Assembly: GCA_041640655.1 (NCBI GenBank)
Contig: JBEPZV010000005.1
Span: forward strand, 32,001 to 96,000
Direction of reading: 5' to 3'
DNA: 64,000 nt
DNA from: a bacterium
GTDB taxonomy: Bacteria > Acidobacteriota > Blastocatellia > HR10
This document shows, one piece after another, positions 13,285-22,785 of the stretch. The first letter of the stretch is position 1; each line of letters begins with the position of its first letter. Under the pieces are notes generated by a model. The model saw only the letters and a program-made list of their open reading frames with translations. It did no database searches and was not told the DNA's origin. The translations under genes and the position numbers were made by a program.

Positions 13285-13968
13285 ATGAGAGATGGTCTCA
13301 CGCATCTCCGCGTGGAGGAGCAGCGCGGATACTGGATCGTCGTTCTGGACTGCGCGCGCGGCTCCGCACCTGGAGCGCCGAATGTGATCAGTCTCGCTGT
13401 GCTCGCCGACGTGCAGGCTCTTGTCGAGGAGGTCGAGCGACGGAGGGACATCGCGGCGGTGATCCTCACGGGAACGGAAGCTGGAGGATTTGCCGCGGGC
13501 GCTGATCTCCGCGAACTCCATCGTCTGACGCCCCAAGAGGCATTCGCTTTCTCTCGGCGGGGTCAGCTCCTGTTTCGTCGCCTTGAACGCGCGCGACCGC
13601 TCTTCATCGCTGCCATTGATGGGTACTGCATAGGCGGCGGGTTGGATCTGGCGCTCGCGTGCGATCTGCGGTACGCGACGACACGCTCCGTCTTCGCCCA
13701 TCCGGGCGCGCGCCTGGGGTTATTGACGGGGTGGGGGGGGACAGCCCGCTTGCCGCGCGTCCTCGGACGGGCTGAAGCCTTGCGCCTCTTCCTCACGGCG
13801 GAGCCCATCTCGGCTGCTGAAGCGTTGCGTCTGGGGCTCATCCATCGGATGACGGATGGAGATGTCCTCGCGCTCGCTCGTCGGAGGGCGGAGGCGGCCG
13901 TCCGCCTCGGTCCTCATGCGGTCTCCCACGTGAAGGGAGTCCTCGAGGCGGCCACGGAATATCGGTGA
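13285..13968 (+). CDS. Enoyl-CoA hydratase/isomerase family protein
   Basis: FAAGADL, AAIDGYCIGGGLDLALACDLR, GWGGTARLPR. Confidence 0.9.
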   Translation: MRDGLTHLRVEEQRGYWIVVLDCARGSAPGAPNVISLAVLADVQALVEEVERRRDIAAVILTGTEAGGFAAGADLRELHRLTPQEAFAFSRRGQLLFRRLERARPLFIAAIDGYCIGGGLDLALACDLRYATTRSVFAHPGARLGLLTGWGGTARLPRVLGRAEALRLFLTAEPISAAEALRLGLIHRMTDGDVLALARRRAEAAVRLGPHAVSHVKGVLEAATEYR

Positions 13969-14081
13969 GGGCATGGACTTCGATGTGAAACGAATGCTCA
14001 GGGGGAACACCCTGTCAGCTTGGCCCCGCTTCGTCGCTCGCGATATACTTAAGGCGCGACGCGCTCTGGGAAGAAAACGGG

Positions 14082-14543
14082 ATGCCTACAGTCTTAGAGC
14101 TGTACGGGAAGTTGAAGCCCAAGTTGGGAGAAGAGGAAACGCGCGCTCTCCTTGAGTTCGTGGAGACCTCGATCGAGCGCAGGGCAGCGACCAAGGAAGA
14201 CCTGCGGCAAACGGGGGCTGAGCTTCGGGAAGAAATCCGAAAGACGGAAGCTGCCCTGAAGGGAGACATTCGCCAGGTCGAGGGGGAACTTCGGGAAGAA
14301 ATTCAGCGACTGGAGGGGGAGCTGCGAAAAATAGAGATGGGATTGCGGAGCGAGATCCACCGACTGGAAGGGGAATTGCAGAAGATGGGAACAGGGCTTC
14401 GGGGGGAGATCCATCGGTTGGATCAGAAAATCGACGGGGCGAAGGTGGAGTTGCTCCAATGGACATTTGGCTTTTGGGTCGGGAATATCGCCGTCCTCTC
14501 CGGGATTATGTTCGCCTTGTTTCGCGCCTTCATCGGAACATAG
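14082..14543 (+). CDS. Coiled-coil protein with C-terminal membrane anchor (DUF1640/CCDC90-like)
   Basis: Head region followed by ATKEDL, tandem 11/18-residue helical repeats (ELREEI, EIHRLEGEL) and a C-terminal TM segment (LLQWTFGFWVGNIAVLSGIMFALF). Confidence 0.7.
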   Translation: MPTVLELYGKLKPKLGEEETRALLEFVETSIERRAATKEDLRQTGAELREEIRKTEAALKGDIRQVEGELREEIQRLEGELRKIEMGLRSEIHRLEGELQKMGTGLRGEIHRLDQKIDGAKVELLQWTFGFWVGNIAVLSGIMFALFRAFIGT

Positions 14544-14772
14544 TCGCTTCGTCTCCGAATTGAGGCCGTCCCCCGTATGGGCGAAGCGTGGACCTTGGCG
14601 CTCACGTGAACGTGATCTCGTGCGAGGAGTGCACAGCAACTTGCAGGGCCTCATCTGGCGTGGCCCAGTGGTTGCGCCTGTTGGTATGCTCCCAAGCAGG
14701 GAGCTGAGGCGAGCACCGGCGCAGGAAATCCGCAGTGGCTGGCGCTCTTTGTCGCCGAGAGGGAGGTGAGGG

Positions 14773-15255
14773 ATGGCGCGACGTCATGAGAGCCTGATCC
14801 CGCTCTCGCATGGGCACCATCACGGACTGGTCCTGAGCCTTCGCGTGAAGCGCGCATTCGCTCGCGGCTCGCCCGATGCGGAAGGACTCCGGGAGCTGAC
14901 GCGCGCGGTCGTCGCCTTCTTCGAGAGTGATCTTGTGCCGCACTTCGCTGCCGAGGAGGAGGGGCTCTTCCCCATTATGGAGGCGAACCTTGGACGCCTC
15001 GCGCTCATTGAGGAATTGCGCGAGGAACACAGCCGCTTCCGCGCCTGGGTCGAAGAGTTGCGCCGCTCGATGGAGACTGCTTCTTCAGCGGAGGCGCTTC
15101 AGGCCTTCGGTGCGCTTCTTCACGATCATATTCGGAAGGAGGAGCGGGTCTTGTTCCCGATCTTCGAGCAGCGAATGCCACCGGAGGAGGCCCGACGAGC
15201 AGGCGAAGCGATCGCGGGGCGGTTGGCCATCCTCTCCCCACGCGATGGGGGATGA
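14773..15255 (+). CDS. Hemerythrin/HHE cation-binding domain protein
   Basis: LIPLSHGHHHGL, HFAAEE, EEH, HIRKEERVLFP motifs; GGAGGTG RBS. Confidence 0.88.
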   Translation: MARRHESLIPLSHGHHHGLVLSLRVKRAFARGSPDAEGLRELTRAVVAFFESDLVPHFAAEEEGLFPIMEANLGRLALIEELREEHSRFRAWVEELRRSMETASSAEALQAFGALLHDHIRKEERVLFPIFEQRMPPEEARRAGEAIAGRLAILSPRDGG

Positions 15256-15291
15256 CGTCTGGCCACCGCTCGATGTATAATGGCGGCGTCT

Positions 15292-16074
15292 ATGCCGAGG
15301 CCGACGCCGAGACGCGATGTGCTCGTCGCCATCATGAACAATCGGCGCGACTTGGAGATCGCGCGCCTGCAGCATTGGTATCGCATCCCCGTTCGGAGCG
15401 CGCCCAAGAACATCGAGGAGGCTCAGTGGCTCGCCTTCTATCAAACGGCGGCGTTCGGCGAGGAGCGCTGGGCCATTCGTTATTACGCGCCGATCCTCGG
15501 GCGCTCGATCGTGAAACGGCGGGAGCTGTTCCCCGATCAGCCGGATCATCCTCGGGCGGAGCATGAATATTACAAGCTGGAGCTTGGAGAGCTTCGATGC
15601 CTGGAACGTCCGATCATCAGTCGGCGCGGACGCCGCATCGTCTTCATCCCGACGACGTGGGAGAAGTTCTGCCGTGCTGAGGAGATCAATGATCTTTTTC
15701 ACGAGAGCCCGCTCGAAGACGCGCTCTATGCGGCGCTGAAGCGGCATCGGATCGAGAGTGAGCGTCAGTTCTTCGTCCGCATCGGGGACGCGCGCTACTG
15801 CCTGGACTTCGCCATCTTCTGCCGTCGGGGGAACATCGACGTCGAGTGCGATGGCGACGCGTGGCATTCGGATCCAAAGGTCCTTCATCGAGATCGGCAG
15901 CGCAATAATGTGCTGACGAGCGCCGGATGGGCGGTCCTGCGCTTCGGGAGTCGCGAGCTGAGCGTCCAGATGAGGACTTGCCTTCACCTGATCCGCGCGA
16001 CGATCCGCACACAAGGAGGGCTTCTGCGCGCCGAGGGCGCGCTCGCTGCCCGCACATCGCGGCGTTCCGCTTGA
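15292..16074 (+). CDS. DUF559/Vsr-like PD-(D/E)XK endonuclease with an N-terminal accessory domain
   Basis: C-terminal ESPLE...YCLDFA...VECDGDAWH...DRQRNNVLTSAGWAVLRF is the DUF559 pattern; N-terminal ~135 aa domain with WYRIP and AFYQ. The start could also be 15280. Confidence 0.75.
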   Translation: MPRPTPRRDVLVAIMNNRRDLEIARLQHWYRIPVRSAPKNIEEAQWLAFYQTAAFGEERWAIRYYAPILGRSIVKRRELFPDQPDHPRAEHEYYKLELGELRCLERPIISRRGRRIVFIPTTWEKFCRAEEINDLFHESPLEDALYAALKRHRIESERQFFVRIGDARYCLDFAIFCRRGNIDVECDGDAWHSDPKVLHRDRQRNNVLTSAGWAVLRFGSRELSVQMRTCLHLIRATIRTQGGLLRAEGALAARTSRRSA

Positions 16075-16076
16075 CC

Positions 16077-18287
16077 TCACCGGCGCTCAGGCTCTTCGGG
16101 CTTCGAGGCCTCCTCTCGCAACGTGTCCAGCAGGACCTTCCAATCGAGCCACGGTTCTTTCCCCTTGATCCACTTCTCGAACCACTGGAACTCGGCGACC
16201 ATCTTCACCAACTGATACCGCGGATTCGTCAGCGCGTGCGGCATGCCCGGATAGATGATGAATTCGGTCGGTACGCCCAGCTTCTTCAACGCCATGTGCA
16301 GTTCTTCACTCTGAGGGCGCGGCACGCGCGGGTCCGCTTCCCCCACATGGATCAGCGTCGGCGTCTTTGCGCGCGTGATGTACCGGATGGGCGAGACCGC
16401 GACATAGTGATCCCAGTTCTCGTACGGTCGCCCTTTGAAGTAGAACTCGCGGGGGACTTGCACGTCGGTCTGGGCGTACATGGAGATCCAATTCACGGCT
16501 CCGGCCCCTGTGGAGATCGCCTTGAAGCGATCGGTCTGCACGAGCGTCCAATTGGAGAAATGGCCGCCGGCGCTCCATCCCATCATGCCGAGCTTCTCCG
16601 GATCGGCGATGCCCCGCGCGATCAGTTCATCCACGCCGGTCATGATGTCCTCATATCCCTGCCGGAAATAGTCGCCCGCGATCTGCATCTTGAACCGCTC
16701 ACCGTAGTTCGATGAGCCGCGATAGTTGGGTTGAAAGACGGCGTAGCCATTGGCCGCGAAGACGTGCACGTATGTGCCGTAGCTTCCCGAGAACGAATTC
16801 ATGTAAGCGGCTGCCGGCCCGCCATGCAGCTGGACGATGAGGGGATACCGCCGTCCGGGCTCATATCCGACCGGCTTGATGAGGAGACCCTCGACCATCT
16901 GCCCGTCGGTACTCCTCCAGCGGATGGTCTCGTATTCCCCGAGGGCGATCTCCTCGATCTGCGGATTCGCGCGCGTCAGGCGCGTCCATTGGGATCGCTG
17001 CCCCACCTTGTCGAGCGTGGTGATGTAGAAGTCGGGCGGATTCTCTGGATCGGTGAAGGTCAACAGTACCCATCCGGTATCCTCATCGAACGTGGCCGAG
17101 AGAACGCCCGTCTCACGGGTGAGCTGCGTGACGCGCCCCGTCTCCACGGAGATGGCGAAGAGATGTGCGTTGACCCCAACGCCTTCGGTGAAGTAGAGCA
17201 TTTTGCCGTCCCGACTCCAGAAGCCCAGGGAGACATCGCCGTCGAAATCGGTCTCCACCTCGCGCACCGGTCCTCCGCGCGCCGGCGCGAGATAAATGCG
17301 GAGATTGCGCATGTAGGTGAAATCATCGGGAGCCGTGAAGGCCAGCCATACGCCGTCGGGGGAGAAACTCATGGTCCCCTCGCTCACCCCGTTTCGCGTG
17401 AGCCGCTCGACGACACCGGTCGTCAGATCGAGCCGGTAGACCTCGGCCTCTTCGCCCGTCGCATATCGGGAGGTCGAAGCCCCGCGGAAGGCGATGGTGC
17501 GATGGTCCTTGGAGATCACGAAAGCGGCGACGCTATACTCCGAACCCGAGGTCCAGCGCCTCACGGCCTTGGTCTCGACATCTACGGCCCACAAGTGAGC
17601 CGGGGGCTTCGGCTGATCCACGAGGCGCACGTCGAACTTCTTCTCCCGCCGCTCCCGATCGAGCTTGTCCAAGAAGTCGGGCGAGGTGAAATAGATGAGC
17701 CGGCTGTCCGGGCTCCACTCCCATCGCAGGACACCCGTCTCATGCGTGGTCAGCGGAATGGGCCTCTCCGCATCGAAGCGAGCGGGCAAAAGCCACAATT
17801 GGCGTTCGCCCTCCTTCCCGGCCGTGAAGGCCAGCCAGCGGCCATCGCGGCTGAAGGCGAAGCGCTCCACACCATCCTTGTGGTCTGTCACCCGGCGCGC
17901 TTCGCCGCCATCCGGGCGCATGACGTAAAGCTGCGTGTTCCCCTCGCGATCCGAGAGGAAGGCGAAGAATGTCCCATCGCGAGACCACGCGGGACTGTGC
18001 TCGTCCTTGTTCGTCGTGAAGGTCAGTTGGCGCGAGGGGCCGCCGGCGGTCGAGACGAGAAAGAGGTCGCGGAAGCGTTTGCCCTCCTTCCAATTGAGCG
18101 TCGTCACTGTGTAGAGCAGCCACTTTCCGTCTGGAGAGAGCGCCGGATCACCGACTGTGCGCAACTCCAGAACGTCCATGAACGTCATCCCGCGCTTCGG
18201 GCGCTGGGCCGCGGCGACGTGATTCATCACTACAAGCGGCATGCACCAGGCGAGAACCCAGGTGATTACCCGACGGTACTGCCCCAT
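16077..18287 (-). CDS. S9 family (prolyl oligopeptidase/acylaminoacyl) peptidase with beta-propeller
   Basis: Signal peptide; PD40-type SPDG repeats; LHGGP; NYRGS; GWSAGG nucleophile; DPRVP; GMPH. Confidence 0.93.
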   Translation of the reverse strand: MGQYRRVITWVLAWCMPLVVMNHVAAAQRPKRGMTFMDVLELRTVGDPALSPDGKWLLYTVTTLNWKEGKRFRDLFLVSTAGGPSRQLTFTTNKDEHSPAWSRDGTFFAFLSDREGNTQLYVMRPDGGEARRVTDHKDGVERFAFSRDGRWLAFTAGKEGERQLWLLPARFDAERPIPLTTHETGVLRWEWSPDSRLIYFTSPDFLDKLDRERREKKFDVRLVDQPKPPAHLWAVDVETKAVRRWTSGSEYSVAAFVISKDHRTIAFRGASTSRYATGEEAEVYRLDLTTGVVERLTRNGVSEGTMSFSPDGVWLAFTAPDDFTYMRNLRIYLAPARGGPVREVETDFDGDVSLGFWSRDGKMLYFTEGVGVNAHLFAISVETGRVTQLTRETGVLSATFDEDTGWVLLTFTDPENPPDFYITTLDKVGQRSQWTRLTRANPQIEEIALGEYETIRWRSTDGQMVEGLLIKPVGYEPGRRYPLIVQLHGGPAAAYMNSFSGSYGTYVHVFAANGYAVFQPNYRGSSNYGERFKMQIAGDYFRQGYEDIMTGVDELIARGIADPEKLGMMGWSAGGHFSNWTLVQTDRFKAISTGAGAVNWISMYAQTDVQVPREFYFKGRPYENWDHYVAVSPIRYITRAKTPTLIHVGEADPRVPRPQSEELHMALKKLGVPTEFIIYPGMPHALTNPRYQLVKMVAEFQWFEKWIKGKEPWLDWKVLLDTLREEASKPEEPERR

Positions 18288-18331
18288 AGGTCGTTCCCTC
18301 CCATGAGTCAAACTCCCCTGCGTTCCGCCAA

Positions 18332-18384
18332 ACCATAGAGTATCGCGGCGGGGCTTGTCAAAAGGCGAAACCGCTGCGTATAAT
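18332..18384. promoter_or_regulatory. Overlapping divergent sigma70 promoters
   Basis: Plus strand: TTGTCA (18355-18360)-N18-TATAAT (18379-18384). Minus strand: TTGACA (18361-18356)-N18-TATGGT (18337-18332). Confidence 0.55.
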
Positions 18385-18412
18385 CCCGCCGCATCTCGCG
18401 CGGAGGCGACCG

Positions 18413-18544
18413 ATGTCGAGCCCACATCCGGCACAACAGGAGGGGATTCGCGGAGTTTGCCTGGTGCGGAATTATGGCCAGCGTAATGCGTCGCTCTGCA
18501 GCTGGTATCATCGCGGGTTCTCACGGGACAAAAGTGCGGGGTGA
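18413..18544 (+). pseudogene. Short ORF or remnant of an ArnC-like GT2 glycosyltransferase
   Basis: GGAGG RBS; 43-aa ORF containing GIRGVCLVRNYGQRNASLCS, which resembles the RNYGQHNA(L)LCG motif of polyprenol-phosphate glycosyltransferases. Confidence 0.5.
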
Positions 18545-18553
18545 AGTGAGGAC

Positions 18554-19711
18554 ATGGCCTCTTATCGAATCCCGTTCAACAAACCCTCGCTCCTCGGAAA
18601 CGAGCTGAACTATATGGCAGAAGCCGTCCGATTGCACCATATCTCCGGCGATGGGCACTATACGAGACGGTGTCAGGCTCTTCTCGAACAGGTGCTTCAG
18701 GCGCCGAGGGTTCTCCTCACCCCGTCGGGGACGCACGCCTTGGAGTTGATCGCCCTGTTGTTGGATGTTCGAGAGGGGGATGAGGTGATCGTTCCGTCCT
18801 TCACCTTCGTCTCCACGGCCAATGCGTTCGTCCTGCGGGGGGCGCGGCCCGTCTTCGCCGACATTCGCCCGGACACGCTCAATCTGGATGAGACCCAACT
18901 CGAACGGCTCATCACGCCGCGCACGCGGGCCATCGTCGTCGTGCACTACGCGGGGGTGGGGTGCGAGATGGAGGCCATTCTGGAGATCGCCCGGCGTCAC
19001 GGCGTGGCTGTGGTCGAGGACAACGCGCACGGGTTGTTCGGCGCCTACAAGGGGAAGCCGCTCGGCACGTTCGGATGTCTGGCTGCCCTGAGCTTCCACG
19101 AGACGAAGAACATCACCTGCGGCGAGGGTGGAGCGCTCATCATCAACGATCCGCAGTACATCGAGCGCGCGGAGATCATCCGGGAAAAAGGGACCGACCG
19201 CGCGCGCTTCTTCCGGGGCGAAGTGGACAAGTACACCTGGGTTGATGTGGGATCGAGCTATCTCTTGTCGGACCTCTTGGCGGCATTCCTCTACGCGCAA
19301 CTCGAAGTTCGCGAGCAGATTCAGGCTAAACGCCGTCGCATCTGGGAGTACTATGCCGAGCATTTGACGGAGTGGGCCGAGGCGCACGGCGTTCGGCTCC
19401 CCTATGTTCCGCCGCATTGTCAGCCATCGTATCACCTGTTCTATCTGCTCATGCCCTCGCTGGAGGAGCGGCAGGCGTTGATCGCGCACCTGAAGGCGCG
19501 CAGCATCCTGAGCGTCTTCCATTATCAACCATTGCATCTGTCAGAGATGGGCCGGCGTTTCGGGGGGCATCCCGGTCAATGCCCTGTCACAGAAGACGTC
19601 AGCGATCGCCTGCTTCGCCTGCCGTTCTATAACTCCATGACGGAGGAGGAGCTCGCGGCTGTTGTGTCGGCTCTCAAAGACTTCGACGGGTGGGCGAGGA
19701 GGACGAGTTGA
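18554..19711 (+). CDS. wecE: dTDP-4-amino-4,6-dideoxygalactose transaminase (DegT/WecE family)
   Basis: IPFNKP, SGDGHYT, PSFTFVSTANAF, VHYAGV, SFHETKN (PLP Lys), EKGTDRARFFRGEVDKYTW. Confidence 0.88.
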   Translation: MASYRIPFNKPSLLGNELNYMAEAVRLHHISGDGHYTRRCQALLEQVLQAPRVLLTPSGTHALELIALLLDVREGDEVIVPSFTFVSTANAFVLRGARPVFADIRPDTLNLDETQLERLITPRTRAIVVVHYAGVGCEMEAILEIARRHGVAVVEDNAHGLFGAYKGKPLGTFGCLAALSFHETKNITCGEGGALIINDPQYIERAEIIREKGTDRARFFRGEVDKYTWVDVGSSYLLSDLLAAFLYAQLEVREQIQAKRRRIWEYYAEHLTEWAEAHGVRLPYVPPHCQPSYHLFYLLMPSLEERQALIAHLKARSILSVFHYQPLHLSEMGRRFGGHPGQCPVTEDVSDRLLRLPFYNSMTEEELAAVVSALKDFDGWARRTS

Positions 19712-19863
19712 CCCCCTGGGATTCCTGATCTCGCGCGCCTGTGGAGGTGGCCTCTCCTTCGTTCCGGCGGTGACTCTTCCCGGTGGCTCCTGCCTCGCGG
19801 GGTTATCGGAACGGTCTATTTCCAGTACGAGTCCATGAGGAGCACTTTGCTCCCATCGGCCGT

Positions 19864-21969
19864 TCAGGGCGGAGAGACGAGCACTACCGGGATTTGAATC
19901 ATGTTGTTGTCTTCGTCCGTCTCCGCGACGCTTCGCTTCGAGTCGGCGGTGATGCGGATCGCGGCGGGTCCCGGAGGAACGGGGATGGGCAGCGGGAAAC
20001 CGGGGAGTTGAACGACCGGCGGGACAGAGAGCGTGACGAGGAAGGGGGCGAAGCGACCGCGACCCAGGCGTGGTGTCTCCACGGTTCGAAGAGGAGCGTG
20101 GAGTTGGAGGGGGAAGGGGCCGATGGTGATCGTGAACACCAGGCTGATCTCGTGCGTTGCCGGATCGGCCGTGCCTTCGCCCTGATTGGCGATGAGGAAA
20201 AAGAGCGCCGTCGGTGCGCCGATCACGAGCGTCGGGGGATCACCCGGAGCGAGGAAGCGCGCGGCTTCTACGACCAAATCAGGGAGCGGCGCCTTGAGCT
20301 GGATCGGGAATTCCACGGTGTTGTCCGCCTCGTTCGACTCGCGCACATCGCCGCGCGGGCGTTCATCAGTCGGCGGGTCCGCTTCCAGACGTACGAGCGC
20401 GGGGCCTGCCTCGGCTTGCGCGGGCACGCGCAGCGCGAAATCTGCGGGAGGGAATTCGGAGCGTCCCGCCTCAATCGGACGGCGCGTTCGAAACTCCGCC
20501 TGTGCGAGTTGTCGTCCGTTCTGGATCAACGCGGCGCGCACGCGCACACCGGCCGGAGCGGGAGCGCGATCGTGCGGATGATCCCGCACATTCGCGATGC
20601 GGAACCGGAGGTTCACGCTTTGACCGAGCAGCACCTCCTGAGGGACGGAGACCTCGAGCAGGCGCAGGTTCGGCAGGTCTATGTGGAAACTCGCGCGCGG
20701 GGACTCTTCATCCGTGTCCGTCGTCGCTTCTTCGGAAACCCGCTCGATGTTGAACTGCACGATCGCTTCACCCTCCTCGACGTCCGGGGGAATGAGAAGC
20801 TGCGGCGTCGGAAGAGTCGAGGGTCCCTCAGACGCTTCTTGAGCAGCACCGATACGGAGGCTTCCTCCGCAGGGGGCGAGCGCAACGTTCGGCAATCGGA
20901 TTGTGTCAGGCTCCACGCGCAACGGCGTCTCACCGGCGCGCGCGCTCAGGCGCACTTCGAGCATCGGGCTCGTCCCCTGTTGATTCCCGCGGTTGATGAG
21001 GGTGAAACCGAGGGCGGCCGTCTCTCCGGGGAGGACGGAATCCCCCGGCGCTCGATCCGGTGGGGCGATGCTGACGTCCTCCACCTTCACATCGGCGCCC
21101 GTGCCGATCACGAGGAAGCGGCGCTCGGCGAGCGCTTCCGGCTGCAGGAGGAAATCGAGGACTAAGCGTCGTCCAGGGATGAGCGTGGGCGTCGGGACCT
21201 CCACGGGTTCCATCGAGCGGAGGCGTCGCCGTTCTCCGGCTGCGAGACGACCGAGTCGCAGGCGCCCGCTCGCCAGGAGGGTCTGAGACTCGCGCTCCCG
21301 CAGCTCATAGAGGAGTTGCGCATCGTCTACCGGATTGAAGGTCACGTTCTGAATTTCCAGCTCGAACCCGACGGCGGTCGCTCCCTGGCAATCGGGGAGC
21401 ACCGTGGGGAAGACCGTGAGATTGCGCATACGGAGCCGGGCGACGGTGACCTCTTGTGCCGGTGAGAGGGGAAGAGAGACCCCGTGAGTGGAGCGTACAT
21501 GAGCCAGTACGGCGAGACGCCGACGACCAACGGACAGCGCGCGCGAGCTGGCCACTCGGAAAGAGCGCGTCAGGAGACGTTGCCCGCGAGGGGCGATCGC
21601 TTCGGGGGCGATCTCCGAGGGCGCGGGTGCCTCCGGAGGGAGGATTTCGAGAACGGTCTCCCCATCGGGGCTCAGGACGAGGAGGTGAAGAGCTTCGACC
21701 TGGACGGTTTCGTCTCGATCGTTCTGCAGCAGCACGCGCGCGGTCACCAGATCGCCGGGAGCGAGAATCCGGGGATGCAGGTCGCGAAGGTGCACGCGAA
21801 GTCCGATCGGAGCCGATTCGCCGAAGGTGACGACCGGGTCGTGCGTCGCGCTCACCGGGGGCGCGATGGCGTTCAGCAGGAGCGCCCAGAGAATGGTCAG
21901 GCGACCGAACGATCGTGCCGCTTGATCCCGCACGAGGGGAAACCTAGCGAGTTTCGCGCGCGCGCGCAA
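19864..21969 (-). CDS. Secreted multi-CARDB (Ig-like) domain protein
   Basis: Signal-like segment; repeated PNL/PDL...IANxG...AD...VxExxExNN CARDB signatures. Start uncertain. Confidence 0.7.
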   Translation of the reverse strand: MRARAKLARFPLVRDQAARSFGRLTILWALLLNAIAPPVSATHDPVVTFGESAPIGLRVHLRDLHPRILAPGDLVTARVLLQNDRDETVQVEALHLLVLSPDGETVLEILPPEAPAPSEIAPEAIAPRGQRLLTRSFRVASSRALSVGRRRLAVLAHVRSTHGVSLPLSPAQEVTVARLRMRNLTVFPTVLPDCQGATAVGFELEIQNVTFNPVDDAQLLYELRERESQTLLASGRLRLGRLAAGERRRLRSMEPVEVPTPTLIPGRRLVLDFLLQPEALAERRFLVIGTGADVKVEDVSIAPPDRAPGDSVLPGETAALGFTLINRGNQQGTSPMLEVRLSARAGETPLRVEPDTIRLPNVALAPCGGSLRIGAAQEASEGPSTLPTPQLLIPPDVEEGEAIVQFNIERVSEEATTDTDEESPRASFHIDLPNLRLLEVSVPQEVLLGQSVNLRFRIANVRDHPHDRAPAPAGVRVRAALIQNGRQLAQAEFRTRRPIEAGRSEFPPADFALRVPAQAEAGPALVRLEADPPTDERPRGDVRESNEADNTVEFPIQLKAPLPDLVVEAARFLAPGDPPTLVIGAPTALFFLIANQGEGTADPATHEISLVFTITIGPFPLQLHAPLRTVETPRLGRGRFAPFLVTLSVPPVVQLPGFPLPIPVPPGPAAIRITADSKRSVAETDEDNNMIQIPVVLVSPP

Positions 21970-22090
21970 GGCGCGTCAGGAGAGATGAAATCCGCGGGCG
22001 CGTGATATGGGGAATAACGCAGATCCCTCGGCCATGAGCATCATCGCCGAGGGATCGCCGCTCACGACAGGGCGTTCGTGACATCCCGAA

Positions 22091-22561
22091 CTATCGGGGA
22101 GGCCCGGGGAACCTATTGGCCCGAGCGCCCAGAAGGCCCCATCGGGGTCCACGCAGCGGTGGGCGCGTCTGCCGCCATTCGCTCAGCTTCTGCTTCTGCT
22201 CCGGCGTGAGCACGGCCTCGATGTCCGCGCGCAGCTTCTGATTCTTCTCTCGAAGTTGCCGTTGCAGCGCGCGACGTTCCAAGAGGAGTTGTCCGACGGT
22301 TGTGGCGTCGGGGTTCGGAGCCTCCAGAGCATTGCGCAGCTCATGCGTCTTCGCCCGCAGCTCCTGTTGCAGCGGGAAGACGTCGTTGCGGTGAGTTCTG
22401 ATCAGCTCTTGAATCCGGGTGACTTGCTCGGGCGTGAGTCCGAGGCGCTCCCTCAAGCGCAGCACCTCGGCCGGGCGCTGTGCCCATGCGACCCCTCCTC
22501 CCCAGATCATGCCCAGGAGCACGAGCCCTGAGATCGCCATCAGTTTGCCTCGCATCATCAC
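22091..22561 (-). CDS. Spy/CpxP-like periplasmic chaperone
   Basis: Signal peptide; two LTPEQ (LTxxQ) motifs flanking a helical region. Confidence 0.8.
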   Translation of the reverse strand: MMMRGKLMAISGLVLLGMIWGGGVAWAQRPAEVLRLRERLGLTPEQVTRIQELIRTHRNDVFPLQQELRAKTHELRNALEAPNPDATTVGQLLLERRALQRQLREKNQKLRADIEAVLTPEQKQKLSEWRQTRPPLRGPRWGLLGARANRFPGPPR

Positions 22562-22785
22562 TTCCTCCTTTCCTCCGCGCCTTCCGAATTCATGGCGAGT
22601 CGGTCGCGCTTCCTCTTGCGACCGTTTCCACCTTTATAGGATGGGGCTGTGGCCGAAAAAGTTTGAAAATCCCATGTGTGCGGAGCGCCGATGTGGCGGG
22701 GGCGTCATTGGAGGTCATGGGGGAGCGGGGCTATACTCTCTGCTTTAAGCCCATGGTGTCAGACGGGGCGTGGGGAGGGGGACCG

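Noticed and set aside
13733..13740. G8 homopolymer as a phase-variation tract
   Set aside because: It encodes the conserved WGG motif of crotonases in frame.
14544..14772. Possible gene remnant or ncRNA between the coiled-coil and hemerythrin genes
   Set aside because: No recognisable motif, start signal or stable structure could be supported.
21970..22044. In-frame TGA upstream of the CARDB gene as another Sec read-through
   Set aside because: No redox motif context or convincing SECIS, and the upstream peptide does not look protein-like.
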